Positions 48,687 to 60,655 of a DNA stretch of 64,000 bases are shown here, piece by piece (position 1 is the first letter of the stretch; each line of letters begins with the position of its first letter). Under the pieces are notes generated by a model that saw nothing but the letters and a program-made list of their open reading frames with translations, ran no database searches and had not been told where the DNA came from. Source of the stretch: Macrostomum lignano (taxonomy: Eukaryota). The translations under genes were made by a program, and so were the position numbers. The stretch is taken from assembly GCA_002269645.1 (NCBI GenBank), contig NIVC01000606.1:434001-498000 (forward strand), given 5' to 3'.

Positions 48687-51025
48687 TGCGTCCGTGTCTG
48701 CGTGAGTTGGCGACTGCAATTGGAGCCACTAAACAGCTATTCAGAAAGTTTAAACATTTAGTTCTGGTAGTATCAGCAGCTGTGTGTCATGACAAGTAAT
48801 GGTGCATAAGATAATCAACAGTTTTCTATTATTCTATTTTTAAATAAAATAAATTATGGTTGATAAGACTTAAAATGCCAATACTCTCAATAGTCAAAAT
48901 TTTTGGGACTTAAAGGACCTGTGTAATTTAAGGATTCCTTATCTATAGTCATAAAGTCTGATGAATTGATTTAAATCATTCTTTATCTTACTATCTAACC
49001 ATTTTATCCACTTTAATAAGGTTTTCAATCCCATCTCATTGCTTTTAATCTCAAATCATCCGATTCTAAAAGAAAAAATACTGAATTTGATTGATAAGGG
49101 ATTATATCAATTATTAATTAGAAACACTTACCTTATGGTTAGGTAGGCACTATGACCATACATTTGCAACCTTTAAAATCACACTGATCATGCAACTTTT
49201 TTGCAAATCACCCAAAATTACAATAAAATCTTAATTTTTATCAAGTTTAGTCAAAAGATATGACAAATTCTTTAAGTTTAAGGTGACAATAATATAGAAT
49301 TTTTCAAGTTCTTAAAATTGAACACAAGTATAATAATCAGCTATTAGTCCTATAAGATAATGGCCTAGACTTCAACGTCATAGACATTGCAAAGATTGAA
49401 GCTTATTAGTACGAGCTAGATATTTGGAACTAGATAATTATTGGTTTAAAATAATTGTTTAAAGCAATTGTCAAAAGGCTTTCATTATAATTTATTACCT
49501 ATACTTAAGTTGAAGCTTAACTAATTTGTTCAAAAATTAATAGCTTAATAGTTGGGCCTATCTCTATTATTAGAATATTCTTAGATATTTATAGACAATA
49601 TATTAAGGTAAATCTAAATCAACATAGTGTTATAACACAGCATATGTTTTTAATAACAATAAGTCCTTTAGTCTAGGATTTTCTGCACAATAGGAAAGCT
49701 ATAGCATCTTGACTTTTTAAATCCTATTTTGAAATTGGACCTTAGATCTACTATTATAGCTTGTTTTAAATAGAATGTTTTTTTTTCTTTTTGTAAAGAG
49801 AAACTTATATATCTTAAATAAAAATGTCTTTTCTAGTGATTTTTAGCATAACTATACTTATAGGCTTAACAAAAAACTATAAGGCAAGTCCCATACTTTG
49901 AAAGTTATATGCATGCCAAAAATATCTAGCATACTAATGTAATGAATAGTTTAGCTATTTTGGCATAGGCCTACCATTTTGATCTCAAGTAAATTTTTGG
50001 CACACTAATTTATGCTTACTAAAACTTAAAAGTTTGACAAATACACAAGTTACACATTGCAAGAAATTTTCTCTTTAAAAAATACATGCATTATAAAAGT
50101 TTTGAAGAACTCTTTTAGCTTTTTATTAACAAAACAAGCAGTATTTTTATAGATATAGGCTCTAAGCTTCAATATACTAAAACTGATTCAATGTTTGTCT
50201 GTTGCAAGTGAACTCCTACAATACTGCCAAATCAGCATTGAATCTTATGGGAAAACTGCAAATTTTCCAGATCAGGCTTTAGGCTGTTTTAATTTTTAAT
50301 TTTTACATTTTAACATCCCTAAAAAAGTAGAAAACTGCTTTTAACCTTCTTTGGCCCTTCTGTCTTTCCAGTGGAAGGGTTGCAGTTGGTTTATAAAAAA
50401 AGCCATCCCAACCTCCACCTGCAAGTTGCTATGTATTGGGGGTGGGTGCACATGTTCCAGGTTCAAGGCAAATAACCCCCCTGTGTTGGGGGCTGCAATT
50501 AAATTTAATGATTCCCTCGGAACAGGGGGTTGGGCTTGGGCAAAGTGTACATAGCAGTTGTAGTGTGAAAAGATAGATAGGACTCTGTTGAGATTCAATA
50601 GGTTTTATTATTGGCGCCTTTCAATATGTAGCCCTATGTATTAGCTGAGCAATGAAATTCAATGAATAAACTTGCAAGCCTCTTTCCTATAGGAAAAAGT
50701 TGTAAAACTGCGGATGGACTTTTGAAATTTTTCTAAAGCGCAGTGCACGCACAAATGGGTTTATTTAACTTTTCTTTAAGCCTAGTCATATTTTTCTTGT
50801 TAAAAAATTTGACAACTGCAAAAAAGGTCCTTTATTGTTTATATTTTTAACAATATAAAAGTGGCATATATTTGTTATAACATAAAAAGAGGCATTTTTC
50901 TAGCATACCATGTTGTACTATCCTAACTATAGGGTAGATCTAAGCACAAAATTTAAAGGCCTAAGGCTAAGCACTGACATGGCTTATAAGATATCTTATA
51001 AAAGTAATTATATTTTGTACTTTTT

Positions 51026-51552
51026 CCATAGTCAGGAAGGTTGCCTCTGAGGGGGAAAATTCCCGCGCACACAAAGGGTCTCAGCACACAAGTGCGGCGC
51101 ACACAAGGGGTCGTTGGCGCACTTGGCGCACACTGAGGTCCCTAGCGCATGCGGCGCATAATTGCAGCGCATAAGGTCCCTGACATGCATGAAAATTATA
51201 ATGAAAATTAACAATTTTATATAAAATAAAGGAGATTTATATAGTCTAGAAAGTCAGTAATAAACTTTTTGCTTCTTTAAAATTAACAGTAAATAAAATT
51301 AGTATAAACTATTGCTAAAAACGTCAATTTTGCATTACTCTATTCGTAGGTATAATTTAAGTTTGTTTAAAATGAAAATATGCATAACATTTTAAAAAGG
51401 CTTTTCGTACAAAGGCCTTTCTTAGAAAACTCTACTTGTGAAGAGTGGCGCACAGACGGTGCACAGACAGTGCACAAATGGCGCATAGACGGAGCACATA
51501 TCGTCCCAAAAAAATTATTCCGGCGCACACTGTGCCACCTTCCTGACTATGG
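51026..51552. mobile_element. 527-bp MITE
   Basis: TIR CCATAGTCAGGAAGGT(T/G)GC at both ends; perfect 8-bp TSD TACTTTTT (51018-51025 and 51553-51560); subterminal GCGCAC-rich repeats. Confidence 0.88.
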
Positions 51553-52809
51553 TACTTTTTTCACATTGCATTATTTGTATAATTTGTATTCTATTTAATA
51601 TTGTACTGTACTTTTTATTGTATTTATTATTTATATAAGTTTTCAAAACTTGTTTATAACATATTTTGTTTTATTGCTTATGCAATATTAACTAATATAT
51701 AATAAATTGTCGCATTGCTCATAAGAGTTGGCCACTCTGATTCAGCACCTCTTGATTGAAAATTCAAATTATGGTCTTCGTGGGAGACTTTGGCTATTCA
51801 TTTCATTTTACAAGCTATTGCCCAAAAATCATTGACAAGAATCAAGATAAATGATATTTAAAATGTTAAATTGACATTGCAATGCTTTTCCACATTTGCT
51901 ATGAAAATCCAGTACATTTACTGATATTATTGTTAATAATATACACTATAGATAGGGCCTATACTGACAAAGCATTGACACACACCACTTTTTTTAGAAT
52001 CAAACATCCATGTCTGGGCTTTACCATATTAATTTTTGAATCACAGTTAACTAACTGAGATATTTAAATGCAGCCATTGTGTTTATAGTCCAAACCTTAC
52101 TTCAAGAACGTCGAACGACCGCGATTCTTATTAATTTATGACAGTCACATCGTAGAAAGCAAAAGAAAACAAGATTTAAAAACAGACATATTTACCTTAA
52201 CAGTTATAACAATGTCTTATTGACAGCTGCACGGTTACAAGTAATATATATTTCATATTTTAAATACTCTTATATTCTTAAAAAAATATTTTATATTTAA
52301 AAAAAGTAATAAAAATTTTAGATTTTAGATTTTAAGAACCTTTAAACTGCGTATGTTCGTTCGTTCGTTCGTTTTGTTCGTTTAATTATTTCCGGAATTA
52401 TTTCGCCCTCTATTCAAGGGTGGTGGGGGGTGGGTGTTGGAATTAAACGAACGAAACTAGAAGATAGCCGTTCGCAGTTGGGTTAGTTTATTGGCCCGGC
52501 CCCTGGCCTTTTCACTAAGTCAAACTTATACTACAGCTAATATTGTAAGGCCTAACTAAGTGGCAACCAGTCATTTCACTTCAGTGAAAAGCTTTTCTCT
52601 TCTTGACACAATGATGCAGTCCTAGGGCCTACTCTAGTCTCCTAGTAATAGTAATAGGCTCTAGTAAGTATTATGTTTTAAAGCAGTGAAGACAACAGTA
52701 ACAAGGGTGGGTTGGTACAGTTTTGAATAAAAAAGTAAAGTGAGTTAGTGATTTTTAGCAGAACAGTTATTTGGCCCTAATGTCAATGGCATGCATGCGC
52801 ATTGCGCAA

Positions 52810-54135
52810 CCCCCCTGATTTACACTGGCCATGCCCATGCGACTTACTTTTTTAACAAAAATGCGACTTACCTGTAAAAAAAAACCTAACGCAATTTTGG
52901 GTAAACGGCAGGAGTAACTATAACTGTCTTATTAGGGCTGAATGCCTCGTCATCTAATTAGTAATACGTCTATTCTTTAGGCTGGGCATTTTTGCGACTT
53001 ACCCCTGGTCCACCACAATTTACGGTGGCCAGATCGGCCAGCAGTTGCGCATTTATGGTCAATGGTATTATGCGGAAGAGGGTAGGGTAGGGTGTGGTAA
53101 GGTTAGACACAGACAGCAAGTTTGTTTGAGTAGTGTGCTTGATTGAACCTTGTAGTTGTAGAAATAAAATTTGCAGTTCATTTCAAGAGAAGCTTATATA
53201 TTTTTGTGCATTTATTTTTTTGTGTACTTCTTTAAATTAAGAATATATACAATAAATAGGCTACAGTGTGAAGAACAGGTGAATCATGTTCTAAGAAGTA
53301 TAGTCACAATATGCTAACAATAAATGTTTATTTAAACAGATTGCACTGTTTACTAATAAAAAATAACAAATTGCTATTCTCCCATGTAGTATTTTATTAT
53401 ATAAAATTATTTCTATTTGACCTAAATAATATTATAAATTATATTAAAGCTAAAAATTAAGTAGGCCTATCTAAAAGATGCAACATAGAACATGTTAACA
53501 TAGTAATATAGGTATAGTACTAATTAGCTGATTAGTCATTTAGTCTTAATGAGACAGTTAGTTACTCTTGCCATTTATCCAAAACTATAATGCAATACCA
53601 AAAAGTTACAAAATTACAATGGAAGGTTGGATGCCTTTTGTCCACTTATAGAGGAAATAGAGGAATAGAGGAAATAGACGAAAAGAGAGGAAGAAAGAAA
53701 AAAAGTAGAAAAAAATAAAAAAGAAGAGGAAAGAAGAAAAATCAAAAAAAGAAAAGAAAAACAAAAAGACTATATCACAACTAGAAGCAACTAAGTTGCA
53801 ACTAGATGAACTTAAGTTGCAACTGGAGGCAAGCAAAGTAATATGCAATTTTTGGGGAAAAAACTAAGTCATAATTATTAACTAAGTAAAATTTTGAAAT
53901 TGGAAATATATTCATGCATATATATATGACCCCCTGATTTACACTGGTTGTGCAACTTATTTTTTGACCAAATTGTGATTTACCTATAAAAGAAACCTAA
54001 GCAAAAATAACATTACATTTGTCATTAGGATAAATGATAAAAAACTATGACTATTATTAAAGTTAAATGCTTTATCATCTAATTAGTACTATCTATTTTT
54101 TCAGGTGGGCATTTTAATCACTTACTTTGTCTGGG
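52810..54135. repeat. Dispersed repeat: copies at ~52810-53030 and ~53928-54135, plus an inverted fragment at ~43740-43815
   Basis: Shared CCCCCTGATTTACACTGG, TTTTGGGTAAACGGCAGGAGTAACTA and CTAATTAGTA blocks. Confidence 0.7.
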
Positions 54136-55349
54136 CCCCTTGTCAGATAGCAAGATTACGAGCTAGCTAGGTCAGTTAGGTATTGTGCATATATGTATAT
54201 ATATCATTTTTTAATGCAACTATGAAGCACAGTGATTCTAATAATGGTACATGCTTAGAGAATTGAGCACATACTACTATGTAGTGCATATAAAAATCTT
54301 AACCAAATTAAGTTTCTATTGCCTATGGTAACTGATAGTTCAAATCATTATATAGAGATATAACCTAGTTATCTAGGAATATTGTCATGTTCCATAGCCT
54401 TATTGCAGCCTATAGCCATTATTGCAGATAGCGTCTAGCATGGATTAGCCTTATTGGAAAAAGTTTTTAAATGGTAGATGACTATCACTTTTTCTTTATT
54501 CTTTCCTCTTTGTATAATTTTCAATTGCTCTAAAGCCAGCTAAGCCAAAGGCTACATTGCTAGTTATGGGCCATTTAGTTTCACCAGGGATAACTTTGAA
54601 TTTTTGATAGACAATAAAGCCATAAGATTATAAATGTAGTTGAATTTTAATTTTGCTAAAATTTATATTAGAGTATATTGCATTACTATATTTATTCTCT
54701 ACTATATATAATAGAAAGATAATTGTTGAACCATTAATCCATTATTTGCCAGCTAATATTTAAAGTACAATTTTTTGTTATTTCAATGTGGTAATGCCAC
54801 ATAATTTAGTAGTTTAAACAAAACATGTCAAAACAATTGCTAGCACTATTTATTTTTGCTTATTTATATTTTTCTAAAAATCTATTGTATTTCTCAAAAT
54901 TTATTTTCAATTAATTTTTTAATTAAATTTTAGATAAAAAAATGCAAAACACTAGCACTAGCTTTTATACAATACAATACAAAGTCTATATAAATGATAA
55001 AGAAATGGTATAAATGTAGAAATATGGATTGTCCCAAAACAGCCACATTTAAAATGTAGCCTATATAGTAGCACTGGCTATATAACTTATTTAGACAGTT
55101 ATATCAGACAATCACAGACAGTGCCAGATTTAAGGGTTTTTTTTCAAATTTTGGAAAGGATTTGATTTTTGAAGGGCTGTGTTTAGTTTAAGCTTGGCCT
55201 CCATCAAACAGTTTCTCAATCTGTGCCTAATCAAGATCTACCAGTGCACCGGTTTTTCAGCTTTATGCAGCATATTTGCATATTAGAAAAGCTATAATTG
55301 AAACCATTTCAGATTTGGCATTTTCTGTTCTGGCATTTTGAAAACGCCA

Positions 55350-58300
55350 ATGGATAATATAGGTAAGCATTTATTTGGATACATACTGAAAGTGTAAATA
55401 GTAGAGCACTGTAACTTCTGCTAGACGACAATGTTTTGTCATCACTCAATTTAGCCGGCGCAGGTGCGGTGACACTACGCGTGCTGTCGTGGAACACTGA
55501 GGGGCTCAACTCGGAGCAGCTGGCAGCGCGCACAGAATCTGTGGCCAACTGCATCCTGGCGCACGATGTTCACGTGGCCCTGCTTCAGGAGGTCGTGCCC
55601 GCCAGCTTTGACCAGCTGCTTCAGCGGCTAAGCAACTATCGCCTGCTGCCGGGCGGTCACACAGACCATTATTTTGTGGCCACCCTGATCAAAGATTCTG
55701 TGCAGTGCCTGGACTGTCGGGTCCTGCCGTTGGACAATTCTAGAATGGGCCGCTGTCTGCTGGCCTGCAATGTGCAGCTTGGCGACAAGCAGGCCCGGCT
55801 GTTCAACTGTCATTTGGAATCTGGCGCTTCTCAGACTGCCGAACGGCGCGCCCAGCTGGTCACCTGTCTGCGCGCCATGACCTCGTCTGCCGCGACCCGC
55901 TCCCTGCTTGGTGAGCGCAAACAATTCAAAAGTTCTCTCCGATTTCTAAGAAACTTTTTAAGAGCAGCATAGCCTACGTATTTCTATGTCAAGGCTTACA
56001 GGGGGAATTGCTATAATAATGTCAAGGCTTACAGGGGGAATTGCTATAATGTCAAGGCTTACAGGGGGAATTGCTATAATAATGTCAAGGCTTACAGGGG
56101 GAATTGCTATAATAATGTCAAGGCTTACAGGGGGAATTGCTATAATAATGTCAGGGCTCACAGAGGGAATTGCTTTAATGTCAAGGCTTACAGGGGGAAT
56201 TGGTATAATAATGTCAAGGCTTACAGGGGGAATTGGTATAATAATGTCAAGGCTTACAGGGGGAATTGCTATAATAATGTCAAGGCTTACAGGGGGAATT
56301 GCTATAATGTCAAGGCTTACAGGGGGAATTGCTATAATGTCAAGGCTTACAGAGGGAATTGCTATAATAATGTCAAGGCTTACAGAGGGAATTGCTGAGA
56401 TGTCAAGGCTTGAGTGGAATTGCTGAGATGTCAAGGCTTGAGTGGAATTGCTGAGATGTCAAGGCTTGAGTGGAATTGCTGAGATGTCAAGGCTTGAGTG
56501 GAATTGCTGAGATGTCAAGGCTTGAGTGGAATTGCTGAGATGTCAAGGCTTGAGTGGAATTGCTGAGGTGTCGAGGCTTGAGTGGAATTGCTGAGGTGTC
56601 AAGGCTTGAGTGGAATTGCTGAGATGTCAAGGCTTGGGGGAATTGCTGAGGTGTCAAGGCTTGAGTGGAATTGCTGAGATGTCAAGGCTTGGGGGAATTG
56701 CTGAGATGTCAAGGCTTGGGGGAATTGCTGAGATGTCGAGGCTTTAGTGGAATTGCTGAGATGTCAAGGCTTGGGGGAATTGCTGAGATGTCAAGGCTTG
56801 GGGGAATTGCTGAGATGTCAAGGCTTGGGGGAATTGCTGAGATGTCAAGGCTTGAGTGGAATTGCTGAGGTGTCAAGGCTTGAGTGGAATTGCTGAGATG
56901 TCAAGGCTTGGGGAACTGCTGAGATGTCAAGGCTTGAGTGGAATTGCTGAGATGTCAAGGCTTGAGTGGAATTGCTGAGATGTCAAGGCTTGAGTGGAAT
57001 TGCTGAGATGTCAAGGCTTGGGGGAATTGCTGAGATGTCAAGGCTTGGGGGAATTGCTGAGATGTCAAGGCTTGGGGGAATTGCTGAGATGTCAAGGCTT
57101 GAGTGGAATTGCTGAGGTGTCAAGGCTTGAGTGGAATTGCTGAGATGTCAAGGCTTGGGGGAATTGCTGAGATGTCAAGGCTTGAGTGGAATTGCTGAGA
57201 TGTCAAGGCTTGAGTGGAATTGCTGAGATGTCAAGGCTTGAGTGGAATTGCTGAGATGTCAAGGCTTGAGTGGAATTGCTGAGATGTCAAGGCTTGGGGG
57301 AATTGCTGAGATGTCAAGGCTTGGGGGAATTGCTGAGATGTCAAGGCTTGGGGGAATTGCTGAGATGTCAAGGCTTGAGTGGAATTGCTGAGATGTCAAG
57401 GCTTGAGTGGAATTGCTGAGATGTCAAGGCTTGGGGGAATCGCTGAGATGTCAAGGCTTGGGGGAATTGCTGAGATGTCAAGGCTTGAGTGGAATTGCTG
57501 AGATGTCAAGGCTTGAGTGGAATTGCTGAGATGTCAAGGCTTGAGTGGAATTGCTGAGATGTCAAGGCTTGAGTGGAATTGCTGAGATGTCAAGGCTTGG
57601 GGGAATTGCTGAGATGTCAAGGCTTGGGGGAATTGCTGAGATGTCAAGGCTTGAGTGGAATTGCTGAGGTGTCAAGGCTTGAGTGGAATTGCTGAGATGT
57701 CAAGGCTTGGGGGAACTGCTGAGATGTCAAGGCTTGAGTGGAATTGCTGAGATGTCAAGGCTTGAGTGGAATTGCTGAGATGTCAAGGCTTGGGGGAATT
57801 GCTGAGATGTCAAGGCTTGGGGGAATTGCTGAGATGTCAAGGCTTGAGTGGAATTGCTGAGATGTCAAGGCTTGAGTGGAATTGCTGAGATGTCAAGGCT
57901 TGGGGGAATTGCTGAGATGTCAAGGCTTGGGGAATTGCTGAGATGTCAAGGCTTGAGTGGAATTGCTGAGATGTCAAGGCTTGAGTGGAATTGCTGAGAT
58001 GTCAAGGCTTGAGTGGAATTGCTGAGATGTCAAGGCTTGAGTGGAATTGCTGAGATGTCAGGTAAATAGGATTCTGTCAGTAGACTTCTTGCAGACTCAA
58101 TGTTTACAGAGTACGCAACTTTGACGATTGATAAAAGTCTTAATTAGTCCGAAGAATCCCAATAATAAAACAAATTAGCGATGCAATTCATCCAACTTGG
58201 AAAAACGCGGGTGCCAATTTGGCATCCGAGGTCCAAATTCAGCATGCTATTAAAGCCGATGTATCTTGACACACTCAGAAAAAAAAATTATGACAAAAAT

Positions 58301-58732
58301 AAATGAATGACCAGCTTAGCTGATAAACTTTATGTTCTAATTATGTTCAAATCAGAATCTGTTCGCCATTCCGCTATAACAAAACCATCCGATTCAATAA
58401 AACAAACAGGCGGCGATTTCAATATAATGTGCAGCGACGAGCTGAAATCGGCGGGCGGCCTGCCCGATACGGTCTCGGACGCGTGGGAGGCCAGCGGCCG
58501 GCCCAAAGGTGAAAAGTACACGTGGGACGCAGCTAAAAATTTGAACGCTGCCCGGCGTTGCGGCCGGCGCTGTATTGGCCGTTTGATGCGGTCCAGTTAC
58601 CGGCCCGATCGCCTGCTAGTGCGCGGCATGACAGTTGATAGGTTCGAGCTGTGCGGGCGGGACAGGCCGCCAGGCCTGCAGATGCACACTTCTGATCACT
58701 ACGGCCTGCTGGTCAGTCTAGTCCTGGATTGA
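55350..58732 (+). CDS. TDP2: Tyrosyl-DNA phosphodiesterase 2-like EEP protein, join(55350..55362,55455..55910,58410..58732), 263 aa
   Basis: SWNTEGL, LLQEV, SRMGR, HLES, GGDFN, YTWD..KN, DR and SDHYGL match TDP2 motif order. Both introns are phase 1 and consistent (ATAG|GTAAGC...TTTAG; TTG|GTGAGC...AAACAG). Confidence 0.82.
55985..58060. repeat. ~2.1-kb minisatellite in TDP2 intron 2 (33/30-bp units changing to 28/27-bp units)
   Basis: ATGTCAAGGCTTACAGGGGGAATTGCTATAATA until ~56395, then ATGTCAAGGCTTGAGTGGAATTGCTGAG and ATGTCAAGGCTTGGGGGAATTGCTGAG. Confidence 0.97.
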
Positions 58733-60254
58733 GGCTGAATGCTTTTGCAGTTTCCCAGAGGTCATATGAACACCCACCTCCCCTAATCTTTCTCGCGCAG
58801 GGTGAGTTACTGGTAAGCACCCTTTAGACCGCCAACTTCGCTCGTAGAGGTAAAAAACGAAAATGTACTTGAAAAAAGTGCAATATAGAGAGAGAATCGG
58901 TTTTCTAATTTTGGCTATCTAGATTTGTCTGCGACTTTAACACCGAATACCTACCTGCCAACCATTGCTTTGTACAATCGCCAGTGCTTTTGTCTGTCAG
59001 TCTCATTAATACTAATGCCATTGTCTTTTGTCATATTGAGCTGACAAATTTTTACGGGGATTTTTTAGGACACTTATCCCATCTTGTGGATAGATGATCT
59101 TTGGTCACCATGCTCGAATAGCAATTCTTTACTTGATTGTGTTTGGCTTGTAGTCTGTGGGAGACTGCAGCTTGGAGTGGGAATTCTTATCTTGATGGCC
59201 CTAATGATTAACTTATAAACTGACAGAACTACTAAGAAGCTGCCAGCTCATCTTGCTATTGATTAGTGTGCTTTAATTCAAAATTAAACTCATCATTTTC
59301 GAATCGCTTACTCTGCATGTCCTTTGTTTCTAGATTATTTAGATTAGACGAGCTTAAGCACCAGGTGCTTTATTATTATAAAATTATAAACTTCAGATTC
59401 ACCGATGATTCGCCCGCATCGAGCGTTGGCCCGTCTGTATTTCCCCTGTCGCGTCTTAAGGATTCTTTGTATAAAATGCTCCATCATCATAAGATTAATT
59501 CTAATAAAAGTATTATATTCTTTGCTTGTAGCAGTTTATATTTTCAACAAAGAACTGAGATGAAGTTCTTTTGCTTTTGCTCGACTTCGCTCTCTATATT
59601 TACCTGTAAAGACTGTCTTTTTATAAATATTTCTGCGAGAATAGAAATGAAATTCTCTAATTTTATTGCTGCTTGTTCATATAGAGAAGCAGAAATATAT
59701 CTGCTGGTGCAACTTAACAGCGTGTAAAGATTTTTTGCTTTTATAATTTAAAGCTACTTCTTACTATGAAAGAATTAAAATAACTAATTAAAAAACTTTA
59801 ACTGCTTTATTATTTACTTGTTTTGCGCATAGACAAGCCAAGTGGAAGAACGCTACGTTTGATTTCTTAGAAATAAGCTGAAAGCAGTCAAGGAACCTTT
59901 ATTTGTAGTACCGCAAAGCGCTGAAAGAGGTTTTGCCATAGACAATTTCGGTTGAGAAAAAACGATCTCTTCTCTTCCAGTTATTTTCTAGGAAAATCGA
60001 GTTTAGCGCCCCTTCCACTGCATTTCCATGATTTTAGATGAATACCTGCTTAGTGTATTTAGCATCAGCACAAGTGAATAGCATGCGTATGTACGTACAT
60101 GGAATGGATAGCACATTTGTTAGTTATACTGGTATAATAAAATATGACATAAGTATAGCTCGCATTAACTAATGTGTAAGCTATTAAGAATAAAGCAGTA
60201 AAACTTATAACTTAATTAACAAGCGGAAGCGGACAGGGGCCGTAGCAGAGTGGA

Positions 60255-60390
60255 AAGTTAGGGCCGCTGTACACTCCTGTGCCTGTGCGTACGTACCTGC
60301 GCGCTTATGTGCCACTCGCCGGTTGTGTGACAGTGTTGCTTAAAGTGTGCTAGGGTGCGCAAGTCCCTGGCCTGTCTTTAACTAAAAACA
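60255..60390 (+). mobile_element. SINE family 1, 3' fragment
   Basis: AAGTTAGGGCCGCTGTACACTCCTGTG...GCTTAAAGTGTGCTAGGGTGC matches 2886-3035. Confidence 0.75.
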
Positions 60391-60655
60391 TTAGAAGCGG
60401 ATACAGCTGGAGCTACAGGGCATTCGATGAAAAATCGGAACAAATCAGGCCAAGGTGCTGGTGGTGGCCTCATCAAGTGGAGGCCCAAGCAGCACGTTAT
60501 AAAGGCATAATAATGATCAAAGAAAATAACAAAATGTGATATTCTGAGTAATGAAACGCTGCAAAATTGCGAAAAATGATTAATCAGAAGCTGCTCATTT
60601 AAAACTCGAATCTAGCTACTTAAAAATGGAGGGGCCCAGTAGTCTGACAAGGTCA

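Noticed and set aside
53606-53870. Purine-rich stretch with a coiled-coil-like + strand frame (ISQLEATKLQLDELKLQLE)
   Set aside because: Short, low-complexity, and without start or splice support; at most a decayed TE fragment.
55455-55470. TDP2 start supplied by a flatworm-type spliced-leader AUG
   Set aside because: Both acceptors are phase 1, and SL-AUG would hit TGA within a few codons; a genomic 13-nt first exon explains the start.
59266-59727. 153-aa ORF between TDP2 and IYD
   Set aside because: AT-rich, unlike the codon bias of the real genes, and has no motif or ATG start.
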